The notes: a model not told the origin generated them from the letters alone. Shown: positions 23,943 through 39,030, counted from the stretch's first letter. The stretch is 64,000 nt of DNA from the human T2T-CHM13v2.0 reference genome, Homo sapiens (GCF_009914755.1 NC_060935.1), one strand, 5' to 3'. Numbers and translations: made by a program.

Positions 23943-25978
23943 GTAGGTATTTGCAGCCATTGTATCTTCTAAGTTTAACTTCAAGTTATTTTTATGCTGT
24001 GGAAACAAGAGTATGGCCCACTTTGCAAATGTTTTAAGCTTTCCCTAGTCAGCATTATTGCAGTCCACCTATGGAGCAACAGTGTTATGGAAAATCACAA
24101 ACCAGAACTTGGAGAATCTGTAAAGAAAGCACATTTGGAAATGTTCTCGTTGTGTATATTTTAAAATTCTAGAGGATTAGAAAGAAAGATTAATGGGAAA
24201 GTGTACAATACCAGTACCTCCATGAGACAAACACAGGTTGGAGAAGCTATTTTCTACTTGTTTTTAAATATAACTATTTGTAGGACTGCCTATATGGGTG
24301 AGATTATGTTTATCTACTACATTCCTAATTCAGAATCCCACTTCTTGCCTCTGCTAAGTATATTTTCAAATTATTAGACTTCACTTGAGGTCTATGAGAT
24401 GTTTAGGATAGCTGTGGTTTTTCTAATGAGAAAAGCATGGTTTATTAGAAAAAAATATTTATCAGGAGAGAAATACGATGAGATTTTTAATCATAATTAC
24501 TTTTGATAACAATCTGAAGAAAATATATTGTGAGCCAAATACATGCACTGTTTTTTTTTTTAAGAAGTCATCATCAGTGTAAATTAAAAAGCTGTGTATT
24601 TTGAGCTTTCCTCAGAAAGCTATCCTTTCCTGAGAAAGGAGGGTTGAGATAGGGTGAGGAGGGCATAACTAATATTAGGAGGCCAAGGATATCACTGATT
24701 GGTCTCTTTCCTCACTTTGAGTATTTTTTTTAATATCAGGTCAAAAGAATGTGGAATTTGAAGTGAAAGAAACTGAGTTTGAGTCCAGTTCTACTACTAG
24801 TCTGCAAACTTAAGCAAAAGTATGCTTTGACCTCGAGCAAAACAAACAAGCAAAAAAACAAACCCTTTGAGCATCATAATCCTTACCTTAAAATAAAGAT
24901 GATATTATTTACCTAGAGGGGATGTTTTGAGGCTTCCATACTATGATGTATTATAAACTGTAAATGCATTCTGTAAGGATACTTGGCATATGTAGTTAGG
25001 GCAAGGCAGGAAGAATAATAGAATTTTGGGCTTGGACATCAAATGTAAGTAAATTTCATTTCTGCTCTATTACTAACTATAAAATTTAGGCTGATTACTT
25101 AGTGTCTCTGAGCTTTATCTTTTATAAAATATGTTACCTTACACAGTAGTTATGAGTACCAAGATAACATAAATCAGTGCTCAGCATAGTGTCTACCACA
25201 CAATAGTTTATCCATACATATTACTAGTAACAGTTGATTTCTTTTTTTTATACTATGGCCATATTAATATTGATGCTGATTTACTAGAACAAGCATTTGT
25301 TGAGTGGAAGCTATGTAAAAGATTAAAAGCTTATGCTGAGGAAGTGTGCAAAGGTAAATGGAACGTGATGTATATGCCCAAGATATCTACACTCTAGTAG
25401 GAGTGTGGAGCTGCAACGATAGGAGGGTCATCTATAAATAGTGGTATGATGTAATCTTTTATGATTCATCATCCTAACTGGGGACACGTTGACAGTGAAA
25501 AAAAGATCGTGCTATAATACTGAGCAGAGACATAAACTGAGACTGTCCTAAGCAAAAACCAAGACATATGGTCACTCTCTCTTGATGGGAGATGTATCAG
25601 ACACTGGAATAAATTCAGAGAATAAATTTGGCTGACTTCCTGCAATTGCCTCAGGCTAACTTTCAGGCCAGTGATTGGTACTTTGTTTCTTATCATAGAA
25701 GTTTCCAGAATGTTCTGATACTCCAGCCCCCACTCTCTGGCAAAGTCTCCACTGGAGAAATGCTTGAGATCAAGAAAGGACTCATCCTATGACATCCTGT
25801 GGAAAAGCACCCTCCCACACACACAAGCATTCCCATCCAGGTGGAGGAAAACCCACACACTGCTGCTGATATGCTTGGATGCCCTGATTTCTGCCAGTAA
25901 ACCTGACGTATTGATGCACTTACTTTTAGTCACCAAAGAAAGAAAAGGCCCCAAATGCCCATGAGATTAAATCAACCT

Positions 25979-26030
25979 CAAACACATACATACATATACA
26001 CACACAGACACAAACACACACACACACACA
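25979..26030. repeat. Imperfect (CA)n
   Basis: Seen directly, abutting the THE1 5' LTR. Confidence 0.9.
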
Positions 26031-26036
26031 ACCAAA

Positions 26037-26824
26037 TCATATGGTTTGGCTGTGTCCCCACCCAAACCTCACCTTGAATTGTAGTAATCCCTACATGTCA
26101 AGGGTGGAGCCAGGTGGAGATAATTGAATCATGGGTGCAGTTTCTCCATACTGTTCTTGTGGTAGTGAATAAATCTCATGAGATTTGATAGTTTTATACA
26201 TGGGAGTTCCCCTGCACAAGCTCTCTCACCTGCCACCATGTAAGATGTGACTTTGCTCTTCCTTTGCCTTCCACCATGCTTGTGAAGACTCCCTAGCCAT
26301 GTGAAACTGTGAGTCAGTTAAACCCATTTCCTTTATAAATTACCCAGTCTCTGGTGTGTCTTTGTTAGCAGCAATGAGAACGAACTAATACAGTAAATTG
26401 GTACTGATAGAGTAGGGTGCTGCTATAAAGATACCAAAACTGTGAAGTGACTTTGGAACTGGGCAATAGGCAGAGGGTGGAACAGTTTGGAGGGCTCAGA
26501 GGAAGACAGAAAAATGTGAGAAAGTTTGGAACTTCTGGCCAGGTGCAGTGGCTCAAGCCTGTAATCCGAGCACTTTGGGAAGCTAAGGTGGGTGGATCAC
26601 CTGAGGTCAGGAGTTTGAGACCAGTCTGGCCAACATCATGAAACCCCATCTCTACTAAAAATATAAAAATTAGCCAGGCATGGTGGCAGGCACCTGTAAT
26701 CCCAGCTACTCAGGAGGCTGAGGCAGAGGCAGGAGAATCACTTGAGACTGGCAGGCAGAGGCTGCAGTGAGCCGAGGTTGCCACCATTGCACTCCAGCCT
26801 GGGTGACAGAGCAAGACTCCGTCT

Positions 26825-26859
<35 letters not shown>

Positions 26860-28699
26860 AAAGAAAGTTTGGAACTTCCTAGAGACTTGTTGAATAGTAT
26901 TGACCAAAATCCAAAATGCTGATAGTGATATGGACAATGAAGTTCAGGTAGAGGCGCTCTCAGATGGAGAAGAGGAACTTGTTGGAAATTGGAGCAAAGG
27001 TGACCCTTGTTATGCTTTAACAAAGACTGGGGGCATTTTGCCTCTGTTCTAGAGATCTGTGGAATTTTGAACTTGAGAGAGATGACTTAAAGCATCTGGT
27101 GGAAGAAATTTCTAAGCAGCAAAGCATTCAATAGGTGACCTGGGTGCTGTTAAAAGCATTCAATTTTATGTTTCACAATAATATGGTTTGGAATTGGAAC
27201 TTAGGTTTAAAAGGGAAGCAGAGCATAGAAGTTTGGAAAACTTGCAGCCTGACAATGTGATAGAAAAGAAAAACCCATTTTCTGGGGAGAAATTCAAGCT
27301 GGCTGCAGAAATTTGCATAAGCAATGAGGAGCCAAATGTGAACCACCAAGACAATGGGGAAAATGTCTCTAGATCATGTCAGAGGTCTTCACAGCAGCCC
27401 CTCCCATCACAGACTCAGAGGCGTAGAAGGAAAAATGGGTTCTTGGGCCTGTCCCAGGGCACCCCTGCTCTGTGCAGCCTAAGGACATTGTGTCCTGCAT
27501 CCCACCACTCCAGCTGTGGTTAAAAGGGGCCAAGGTACAGCTCAGGCCATGACTTGAGAGGGTGCAAGCCCCACGCCTTGGCAGTTTCCACATGATGTTG
27601 AGTCTGCAGGTACATGGAAGTCAAAAATTGAGGTATGGGAAATCCTCCTAGATTTCAGAGGATGTATAGAAATGCATGGATGCCCACGCAGAAGTTTGCT
27701 GCAGGGACAGGGCCCTCATGGAGAACCTCTTCTAGGGCAGTGTGGAAAGAAATGTGGGGTTGGAGCCCTAACACAGAGTCCCCACTGGGACACTGCCTAG
27801 TGGAGCTGTGAGAAGAGGTCCATACCCCAGAATGGTAGATCCACTGACAGCTTGCACTGTGTGCCTGGAAAAGCCACAGATGCTCAATGACAGCCTGTGA
27901 AAGCAGCCAGGAGGGAGGCTGTATCCTGCAAAGCCACAGGGGCGGAGCTTCTCAAGACCATGGGAACTCACCTCTTGCATCAGCATGACCTAGATGTGAG
28001 ACATGGAGTAAAAGAAGATCATTTCGGGGCTTTAAGATTTGACTGCCCCACTGGATTTTGGACTTGCATGGGGCCTGTAGCCCCTTCGTTTGGGCCAATT
28101 TCTCCCATTTGGAACGGCTGTATTTACCCAATGCCTGTACCCCCATTGTATCTAGAAAGTAACTAACTTGTTTTGATTTTACAGGCTCTTAGGTGGAAGG
28201 GACTTGCCTTGTCTCAGATGAAACTTTGGACTGTGGACTTTTGAGTTAATGCTGAGATGAGTTAAGACTTTGGGAAACTGTTGGGAAGGCATGATTGGTT
28301 TTAAAACATAAGGACATGAGATTTGGGAGGGGCAAGAAGTGGAATGATGTGGTTTGGCTGTGTCCCCACCATATCTCACACTGAATTATAGTAATCCCCA
28401 TATGTCAAGGGCAGGGCCAGATGAAGATAATTGAATCTTGGGGGTGGTTTTCTCCATACTGGTCTCGTGGTAGTGAATAAGTCTCATGAGATCTGATGGT
28501 TTTATAAATGGGAGTTCCCCTACACAAGCTCTTTTACTTTCCACCATGTAAGATATGACTTTGCTCTTCCTTTGCCTTCTGCCATGATTGTGATGCCTCC
28601 CCAGCCATGTGGAACTGTGAGTCAATTAAACCTCTTTCTTTTATAAATTACCCAGTTCCTGGTAGGTCTTTATTAGCAGTGTGAGAACAAACTAATATG
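26037..28699 (+). mobile_element. Full-length THE1 (THE1C-like) MaLR: 5' LTR 26037-26392, internal region, 3' LTR 28345-28699
   Basis: Two ~355-bp direct repeats starting t(g/c)at(a/g)tggtttggctgtgtcccc; THE1-int between them, with ORF remnant LENLQPDNVIEKKNPFSGEKFK. Confidence 0.95.
26537..26862 (+). mobile_element. AluS nested in THE1-int
   Basis: 16-bp TSD GAAAGTTTGGAACTTC at 26520-26535 and 26863-26878; long A tail. Confidence 0.96.
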
Positions 28700-29865
28700 A
28701 CAGAAAACAAATGAAAAAGAAGAGCAAGTAGACCTCATAATACTTAATAATAGAAACAGTTTTGTTTGATTTTATCTCTATGTGTTAAATTTAGGCACTT
28801 CCATGTAATTTCTCCATAAGGATCAACTCATAATGATCCTTCTCAAAAGTAACGACATGATTTTTAGGAAGTGTGGCTCTCTCTATTCATCCACTATTAA
28901 GCCATATATATGTTTTTCCCCAAGAGAGGTCTTATATCTTGATTTAAGGTTTCAGGCCTCAAGTAACTAACCAAACTTGTAAATCTTGCATGAAATACAA
29001 CTAATGGGGGAGGAGGGGCTAAAAGTCAAGTGATGACTTTGTAAGACAGAACTAAATATTTAGTATTAAGAAGGCAAGATGTGATGGCGGACAGATTATA
29101 GTCTGGGAAAAATCGGGGTTCCTTTACAAGCTCTGTTCCACACAACACGTTTGAGCAAAGTTATGAAAACTTTTGATCTAGTGTCAGCTATAAAATGAGA
29201 ATCATACTATGTAGTGTAGTTTTAAGGATTAAATAAGATAATGCTTATAAAATTGCTGATACAGGAGCAGGCATAGGTGGAATTCAGTAAATGACAACTC
29301 AATAAATGGTCTCACTGCTGAGGATATCAAGTTTATAAATGCACTGCTTATCTCACTTTGTTAAATTTTTAAGTGTTTATGTAGCAATTTGCATAAAACG
29401 AAGTCCATTTTTCCTTCAGGTAAGATATATTTTTGGACTTTGGCTTTTGTTAATGATTGTTTTATCTAGTTTTAGATGTCACTACCAGTCTATACCACCG
29501 ATCACAGATCAAAAGCATGAGATTTAGATTTAGCTGAACTTCTACGAGTTTCTGAATGACTAAGCTTCATTCCAGAGAATAGTCATTGAGTGCAAATGAA
29601 AAAAATAGCAATAATTGCTAGAAAAAAATGGTATATTTTCCAGATCACCTACAAAGGGAACCCCGTCAGGCTAGAAGCACCCCTGTTAGCAGGAATCCTA
29701 TAAGCCAAAATAAATTGGGGGCCTATTTTCAGCATTCTTAAAGAAAAAAAAAATCCAATCCTCATACCCAAACCTGGCAGAGACATAATGAAAAAAGAAA
29801 ACTTTAGGTCAATATCCCTGATAAACATAGACACAAAAATGCTCAAGAAAATACTAGCAAACTGA

Positions 29866-30352
<487 letters not shown>

Positions 30353-31380
30353 TATAACACCCTTAACAGACTAGATATTGAAGGAACATACCTCAAAATA
30401 ATAAGAAGCATCTATGACAAACCCACAGCCAACATTACACTGAATGGGCAAAAACTAGAACCATTCCCCTTCAGAAATGCAACAAGATAAGGATGCTCAC
30501 TTTCCTCATTTCTATTCAACATAGTACTGGAAGTCCTAACTAGAGCAATTAGACAAGAGAAAGAAATAAAAGGCATCACAATAGGAATAGAAGGAGTCAA
30601 ACCATTTCTGTTTCCTAAGGATATGATTCTATATATAGAAAACCCTAGCAACTCCACCAAAAGGCTTCCGGGACTGATAAACAAATTCAGTAAAGTTTCA
30701 GGATACAAAATTAATGTACAAATTCAATAGCATTTTTAAACACCATTAACATTCTAGCTGATAACTAAATCAAGAACACAATCCCATTTACAATAGCCAC
30801 AAAGAAAATTAAATACCCAGGAATTCATCTAACTAAGGAGGTGAAAGATCTCTACAAAGACAACTACTGAAATAAATCAGAGACAACACAAATAAGTGGA
30901 AAAATACTCCATGCTCATGGGTTAGAAGAATCAATATAGTTAAAATGGCCATACTACCCAAAGCAATTTACAGATTCAATGAAATGCCTATCAAAATACC
31001 AATTTTAGTTTTCACAAATTTAGAAAAACCTATTCTAAAATTCATTTGGAACCAAAACAGAGCCCAAATAGCCAAAGAAATCCTAAGCAAAAAATACTAT
31101 GCTATAAGGCTACAATAATTAAAACAGAATGGTACTGGACAAAAAAAAAAGACACAAAGACCAGTGGAACACAATAGAGAATCCAGAAATAAACCCACAC
31201 ACCTACAACTACCTGATCTTCGACAAAATCAACATAAATAAGCAATGAAGGAAGGACACCCTATTCAACAAATGGTCCTGGGATAACTGGCTAGCCATAT
31301 GCAGAAGGATGAAACTGAACCCCTATCTCTTACCATATATAAAAAGTAACTCAAGATAAAGATTTAAGTGTAAGACCTCA

Positions 31381-31771
31381 TACATATATACCATGGAATA
31401 CTACACAGCTATAAAAAAGAATGAAATAATATCTTTGGTAGCAACATGGATTGAGCTGGAGGCCATTATCCTAGGCAAATTAATGCGGGAACAGAAAACC
31501 AAATACCGCATATTCTTACACACGAGAGCTAAACAGTGAGAATACGTGGATACAAAGAAGGGAGCAATAGACGCTAGGCCTACTTGAGGGTGGAGGGCAG
31601 GATGAGTACAAGGATTGAAAAACTACCCATCAGGTATTATGCTGATTACCTGGGTGACAAAATTATCTGAACACCAAACCCCCATAACATGCAATTTACC
31701 CATGTAACAAATCTGCACTTGTACCCCTTTAACTTAAAAGACAATTTGGAAAGAAAAAAATAAAAACCATA
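31381..31771 (+). mobile_element. Second 5'-truncated L1 3' end nested in the host L1
   Basis: Extra 3'UTR plus A-rich tail flanked by AA(G/C)ACCTCA; host ORF2 resumes afterwards. Confidence 0.85.
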
Positions 31772-33149
31772 AAACACCTCAAACTATAAAAATCCTGGAA
31801 GAAAACCTAAGAAATACCCTTCTCGACTTTGCTTTGGCAATAAATTTATGGCTAAGTCCCCCAAAAGCAACTGCAATGAAAACAAAAATGGATAAGTAGG
31901 ACCTCGTTAAACTAAAGAGCTTCTGTACAGCAAAATAAATTACTAACAGAGGAAATAGCCTACAGAATGGGAGAGAATATTCACAAACTCTACATCTGAC
32001 AAAAGTCTAATATCCGGAATCTGTGAGGAACATAAACAAATCAACAAGTGAGAAACAAAAAATTCAATTAAAAATGAGCAAACGAAATTAACAGATACTT
32101 CTCAAAAGAAGACATACAAGTGGCCAAATACATATGAAAAAATGCTCAACGTCACTAATCATCAAAAAAATGAAGAAATGCACATCGAAAACACAATGAG
32201 ATATCATCTCACACTAGTGAGAATGATGATTATTAAAAAATCAAAAAACAGGGCAAGGCTGTGAAGTAAAGGAAATGTTTATACACTGTTGGTGGGAATG
32301 CAAATGAGTTCAGCCACTGTGGAAAGCAATTTGGAGATTTTCAAAGAACTTAAAATATAACTACTATTCGACCCAGCAATCCCACTACTGAGTATATGCC
32401 CAAAGGAAAACAATTCATTCTATCAGAAAGACACATCTATCAGTATGTTCATTGCAATGCTATTCGGAAACACATGGAATCAACCTAAGTGTCCATCAGC
32501 AGTGGATTGGATAAAGAAATGTACATGTACACCAAGGAATACCAGGCAGCCATAAAAAAGAAAATTAATGTCTTTTGCAGCTACATGGATGGAGTTGGAG
32601 GCCATTATCCTAAATGACCTAATGCAAGAACAGAAAACCAAATACCACATGTTCTTACTTATAAGTGGGAGCTAAACATTGGATACACATGAACATAAAA
32701 ATGTGAACAATACACACTGCAGATAGCTAGATGGAAGAAGGAGGGAGGGGGTGTGGCCTGAGCAACCACTGCTGGGTATTATGCTTACTGCCTGGATGAC
32801 AAGGCTCTTGGGATCCCAAGCCTCAACATCCTGCAATTTATCCATGTAACAAACCTGCACATGTACCCTTTAGTCTCTAAGCTGAAAAAAAAAAATTCTC
32901 AACGATTTTTAGGATCTGAACTGTCTTGAATGACACCTTTCTATAAGTTGTTTCACATTTCATCTTCCTAGGCAACTGAAAGCTCACCCAGGAAGCATAC
33001 TGTGCAATTTTCTTTCAAAGGCCAGACCATGAGAGAGAACCAACAGAAGGGAAAAGAGAAGAAAAGAAAAGAAATGCATGTTTTTGGATCACCTACTCTC
33101 TATGTGCCAGTCAAAAAGCTAAACACTGCACAATAGACCCAGGCATCAC

Positions 33150-35620
33150 CTAGGACCTTCTTGCTTCTTGAAAATGGAGTCTTAATTTTCTTTGTTATGC
33201 TACTTATGTATATCGAGAGATATCACCACAATTTTGCATATTCTCAAGGGCCTATCTTTTCCATGGTCATCAGTACCTTCAGCCAAAATGTAAAACTAGA
33301 GAAAGAAGAGTTTGCTGATCTGGGAACCTCCTTTTAGGATATGATATTTAACATGCTGGCAGGGACATCAGAGAATCATACAAATTCACTACCAGAATGC
33401 TTCCTAGAGAACTGAAAAGAAATGACCCATGTTGAGTGAGGTTGAAGTGCTTTGGTTACCATAATAGGCGGCAGCAGCGGAGAAAGGAACTAATTGGCTC
33501 AAGGACTCCAGTTTAACCATGATACAAATAACAGACTGATGGACATTAAAAGACATTGTACAAAATTCCTGATCAGTATTCCTCAAAGCTGTCAAGATTA
33601 TCAGAAACAAGGAGGGTCTAAAAAACTGTTACTGTCCAGAGGAGTCTAAAGAGATATAATAACTAAATGTAATGTGGTAGCCTGGATGAGATCCAAAAAC
33701 AGAAAATGACATTAGATAAAAACTAAAAAAATTCAAATAAAGCATGGACTTCAGATAATAATAGCGTATAACTATTGGTTCATTCATTGTAACAATTATA
33801 TTATTATAATATTATAACAATAGAGGAAACTGCCTGGGGGACATATGGGAATCCTCACAAGGATTGTACCTTTTCTGTATATATAAAACTATTCTAAATT
33901 TAAAAATTTTATTAAGAAAAAAATAGGCTCAGGTAAGTGAGCAAGCTAGACAGATATGTTATGTGATTAGCACAGGTTTGGATTTTACCAACAGATCTGG
34001 CAGGTATACTATTCACCAAAACTAGCAGGAATTGCTGGAGAGAGAGGTATCAACATCTCTGAGATCAGCTGGTTGGAGAGGCTGCCACAGAACTTGCCTT
34101 ATTAATAGCAGTGAGAATGAAGAGGCCATAAAGCAATGAATCTCAGTGGCAATAATTCACTGACAGAAACCAGATTGTCACTGGTTCTCTTAACAAATGG
34201 CAAGATCAGGGTGGCAGTCAAGGGGGCTTGAACCAGTGAGAATTGGAGAGACGATAAGAACACAGTATCCCTAAGGGGATTGATACCTGGAGATCTGAAG
34301 CAACACCATCCTCAAAGTCTAAATTACAGTGGATCCACTGGGTACGTGAACTCACTGGTGATCATTTTCTCAGTCCATGGATGTATGCTCGTGATTGGTA
34401 TTTTTGACAGTCGGAGTAACCTCCACACGATGTCCTTTGCCTATGATGTAATTGCTAATATAATGAGGAAACCCAAGTGGAAACCTCTGAAACTGCCTCC
34501 CACCCCTGGCCAAGGTAGTAAATCAAAAACACCACATCCTAGAGGAGATGATACAGAGAATAAAACATTAAGAGATTTAAAAAGAGCATGGGTGAAAGTC
34601 CCTATCATACTTCTATTTTATTTGCTTGTCTGGACTCCTGTAAAAACTAGATAGATGCTGGAGAATGATATAAGATGCCACAAGCTCACTCAAGGAGTAG
34701 CGTCAGTCACAGGTATCATGCCAAATAAGATATTTTCTCTACAGCTGATTGACATAGTATGGCTTTGGGTACGTGTTATATGACCATTAATTTGGTGAAT
34801 GTATTCCTTCCTATCCCATCAGGACAGAGGACCAGAAACAGTAGACATTTACAAAAATTGACACTATATTCACAGTTTTACCCCAGGGTTATGTTAACTC
34901 TCCATCTAGAGATGTCAGGGCTATCCCGACATCTTGCAGAATATCACATTGATCTAGTATATCACTGACATACACTGATTGGCCAGAATAAGCCAGAGCA
35001 GCTAGCAAGCAAAAGCCCATGTTGAGGCACAAGTGCTGTAGAGGCAAGATACCCATATAAATATTTAGAGATCTACCACTTTAGTAAAATGTTTTAAGGG
35101 ATATGTCAGTTTATTCTCTTAAAGCGGAGGCTAAATTGTGCAGGTTGTATATTCCTGGAAGTTTTTTGTTTTTTTTTTTCTGGAGGCAACCCGTTTCACA
35201 CCTAGGAATACTTTTCTCATCCACATATTGGACATCATGAAAAAAATGTCAGCTTCAATGGTGGACCAGAGACAGACAACATTCTGCAGCAGATCTAAGC
35301 TTCAGTACAAGCAGGACTGCCACTTTGGCCACATGATCTCAAAAAATCTTTAGTGATGGAGATGTCACTGGTGAAGAAGGATGCATTGAGGAATTTATGC
35401 CAGGCCCTAGTGAGAGATTCAATGGGTAGACTTTTGGATTCTGGACTCTGGTAGAGATGAAAGCTTGGCCACTGAGACCAAGTGACCATATGTCTAGAAC
35501 TCCCCATTATAATCTAGTCGTGTTGGACCCACCAAATCTTACAGCCAGGCAGTAGTTCCAGCAGGAATCCATTATACAATGGACATTTTTCTTTCTGGAT
35601 TGAGCATAAGCAGGACAAAA
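33150..35620 (+). mobile_element. Ancient ERV-L-class internal remnant (gag/pro/pol; HERV16/ERV3-16A3-like)
   Basis: Fragmented peptides KPKWKPLKLPP and GTCYMTINLVNVFLPIP resemble ERV-L pol KAKWKPLELP and GTWYAAIDLANAFFSIP. Confidence 0.7.
33504..33921 (+). mobile_element. L1MC/MB-type 3' end inserted in the ERV-L remnant
   Basis: L1M 3'UTR wording; degenerate TSD aattggctca / aataggctca. Confidence 0.75.
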
Positions 35621-35654
35621 CTTGATTTAAGGACAGATCAGCTTAGTATGTAAA

Positions 35655-35833
35655 TGAAAGATGAAACTAGACAATGGTTGCCATGCCACCTCACTCAGGG
35701 GGGCCTCCAGATGTAAGTAGATCAGTAAGGCACTTGATGAAATAGAATGAATGAATGAAAATAGACAATGGTTGCAATGCTGCCTCACTCAGGGAGGCCT
35801 CCAATGTAAGTAGATCAGTAAGACACTTGATGA
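35655..35833. repeat. ~94-bp tandem duplication
   Basis: tagacaatggttg...cacttgatga at 35668-35739 and 35762-35833. Confidence 0.92.
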
Positions 35834-37017
35834 CAAGTTGATTATTTTGGGCCACTTCCAACTTAGCCTAGTGATTCGTTCTAAGAAAAATGGGCATTTA
35901 ATCCAAGAGCAGATTTGTCTTTCCCAGCCAAAGAATTTTAGACAGCACACCAGCCCCCGCCCCCACCTAAAAAAAAAAAAAAAAAACCACTGCCTTCTTT
36001 TTTTGATTTACACATGTAACAAATTGCACTTGGGCTTTTAAAGCGGAGCAGACTTTACATTGGGGCTGTTTACATCACTGCAAAGCAAACGATTTAAAAC
36101 TAAATACTAGCCATCCCCATTCTTCCTATTTATTTATTTGTTTGTTTATATTTTGTTATTTTTGTAAGTTATCCTCTCCCCTTTCTTTGTCTTTTTCTTC
36201 TCTAGCTTTTTTCTCCTCAGGAGAAAAATACATCAACCATTTAATCAAATACAAGTTCTCCCATTTTCATTTTCAGAGTAAATCAACTCTGTATAGTTTC
36301 TGCCTAATTCCGTTCTGTGCCTCCCTTTGACCTCCCTTGATTACTAAAAAATGTAGAGAAAGCTTTGAGTTAATTCTATTACAGTCCCACTCCTTGTTTG
36401 GTATGGGAGTAAGAGTGTTTGATCTTTGAGATACAGATATCATAAAATTCAGATTGATACTGCTGCAAACAAAACCTTTGAACGCCATTTTTTAGGATAT
36501 ACACACTAATATAAAATTTAACTATCTGCTACTCTGATTTCAGATTTAGATGTACCTGATATCCATACTGTCTAAAAGATAGCACTGTAAAATCTAGGCA
36601 TAAATTTATTTGAGAAAGAGTCAATATTTGCTATAATAGCTACATTTCAAAGTCACCCAGTAAAAGAAAAAAAACCCATGGTTGGGGTTTGGGAGAACTG
36701 GTTCAAGTCTCACTAATGAGCTAGTGTCTTGGCTTCATCTTCTACAAAATGAAAGTGAATAAATAATAATGTCTGTACACTTTCTGCCTCATGAAGTTGG
36801 TGTGATACTTAAATGATAGAATTAATTTAAAAATGAGAAATAATTTAGAAGGATTTTAGTTTATTAAATGAGACTTGAATAGGACTTCCATCATCAAAGA
36901 TATTATACACACACGCGTATACATATGTGCATATTACAGCATATTACATGTATATGTAACTTCTGTGTTCAGATTTATTGATGGTGAAAGTTTTTTGGAA
37001 GCTGTAGCTCTATATTA

Positions 37018-37212
37018 GGAAATAGCAAACTGTGACCCTCATAGGATTTTCCTGTTCATGTAAATAAGGTTTTATTAGAACACAGCCATGCCTAATCAGT
37101 TACTATTGTTTCTAGTTGCTTTCCTGCTACAATGGCAACAGAGACTCTTTGGCCCACAAAACCTAAAATATTCACTGTCTATTTCTTTACAGAAAAGGTT
37201 GTCATCTCCTGC
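37018..37212. mobile_element. MER58A-like hAT MITE
   Basis: gtaaataaggttttattagaacacagccatgc...tttacagaaaaggtt. Confidence 0.75.
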
Positions 37213-38769
37213 TCTAGGTGCTAGATAGGCAAGATGTATGCTATATAAGAAATATATACGTATATATATATATAAACATATACATATATAAATATATTTA
37301 TATAGATATATATGAACTTTAGTATAATCTTAAAATCTGCAATGTGAAGTGGAATACTCATGCAATTTTCCTGATCGTTTAGGCCAAAAACAAGTTCTTT
37401 TCATCATGTCATTATTTTGGATGAGGGAGTTATAAGAACTTAGTGAACCAGACAATTGCCTTCATCTCTACTTTATTTCTGCTGCTCATGAATTGTTGGA
37501 TTAGGGACTTTTCAAAAAATATTTACAAGTCTCTCTCTCTAGATCTCTCTCAGAAACTGCAGAAAGCACAAGAAACCATTCTTCCCTTTTCTGCTTCCAT
37601 GTAACTTCAAATATTTACTGTGAAGTTTTGGGAATGTATATATGTATGTCTATATCCACCATCACACATTTATTTAGAAGATGACGACCTCTTTTTGCAG
37701 TGAAAGTGACTATTATGAACAGGCTTGTGTTTTTGCTGGAGCTTAAGAATGAATGAGGATATTAGTCATCAAAGAAGTATAGAAAATCCATCCCCTTATC
37801 ACACTTTACAAGAAGGAGTTCATTATTAGTTGCTTCTTTATCCAACAGATTATAACCTGAGGAAAGACCTTTAATGTTCATTAACACAGAAAAGGGAATT
37901 TGCATTTCACAAATAATTCAAAGTTATACAACTCATAGATTTTAGATTACATTAAAAATTGATCAGAAACAAAAGATAAGACTAATATGTTCATGTTTAC
38001 ACTTGGGAATTAAAATGTTAGCATTAGACGAACATAACAAGTTTCTGATACTTAAACTCACCAGAATTCAGGCTTTAGCTAAGAGCAATGGTTATATACA
38101 AGAAAAAGTATTATATAAGGAACCTGCAGCACAGTGATCTAATGGGCCAGATTTTGGCTCATCAACCTCTATGATACGGACCATTCATAGAAATAGCTAA
38201 TTACAATTTAAAGATTTGCTGTGAAGTTCAAATGAGATTGGGTCCATCAGCAGGTTTTAAATATTGGATTCAGTCAGTATAACAGAAAAGTAACAGAACC
38301 ACAACTTGTTATGTGCTAATGTGTATGGAGTAGCCAGAACACATGAGTTCAAACTCAGATTTCACCACTTTGGGCAAGTTACTTAGCCTCTTGGGGACTT
38401 TCCTCATGTGTAAAACAGAAACAGTAGTAACCACAGCCAATATTTATGAGGTTTAGATAATATATGCAAACTGCTTAGCCCAATGTCTGATACATGATAA
38501 GTACTTAACAAATGTTAGTTATAATAATAATTATTATTATACAAGCCCTGTATATTACACTTAGGTACCTATTTTGCTTAATTAGTTGTTTATGTTGTGA
38601 CTCTCCTATACCAACATCAACTGATGTTGTTCCTAAGAGTTTGGTTAGGTCCTGGAAAATTGATATCTTGTAGGAAATTAAATATATCATTGTGGCCAAG
38701 AAAGTTATAAATTGGTTTTCAAAAATTTTTTTTTAATTTCATACTCCATGGTAAAAATTTTTTATCATA

Positions 38770-39030
38770 CTTCTAATAAATATATATTGTATATATTATA
38801 TATACTATAATATGTAATATATTAGACTTATAAATTATTTACATATACTATATATGACTTATAAATTATTTACATATACTAATATGCAAATTGTAAAGCA
38901 TATTCAAATATAAACATTTAGATTATATAATATATATTATGATATTAGATATATGATATATAGACATTAAATATATGTACTATATATTTTGTATTATATT
39001 TAAATATTATAAAATTAGGATACTTATATA
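38770..39030. repeat. AT-rich low complexity with a 26-bp direct repeat
   Basis: GACTTATAAATTATTTACATATACTA at 38825 and 38856. Confidence 0.85.

Noticed and set aside
27188-28166. ORFs of 60-110 aa inside THE1-int
   Set aside because: Broken remnants of the MaLR internal ORF with frameshifts and stops.
35655-35833. Repeat-spacer-like pattern (CRISPR-like)
   Set aside because: Only two units, eukaryotic context, no cas genes; a simple tandem duplication.
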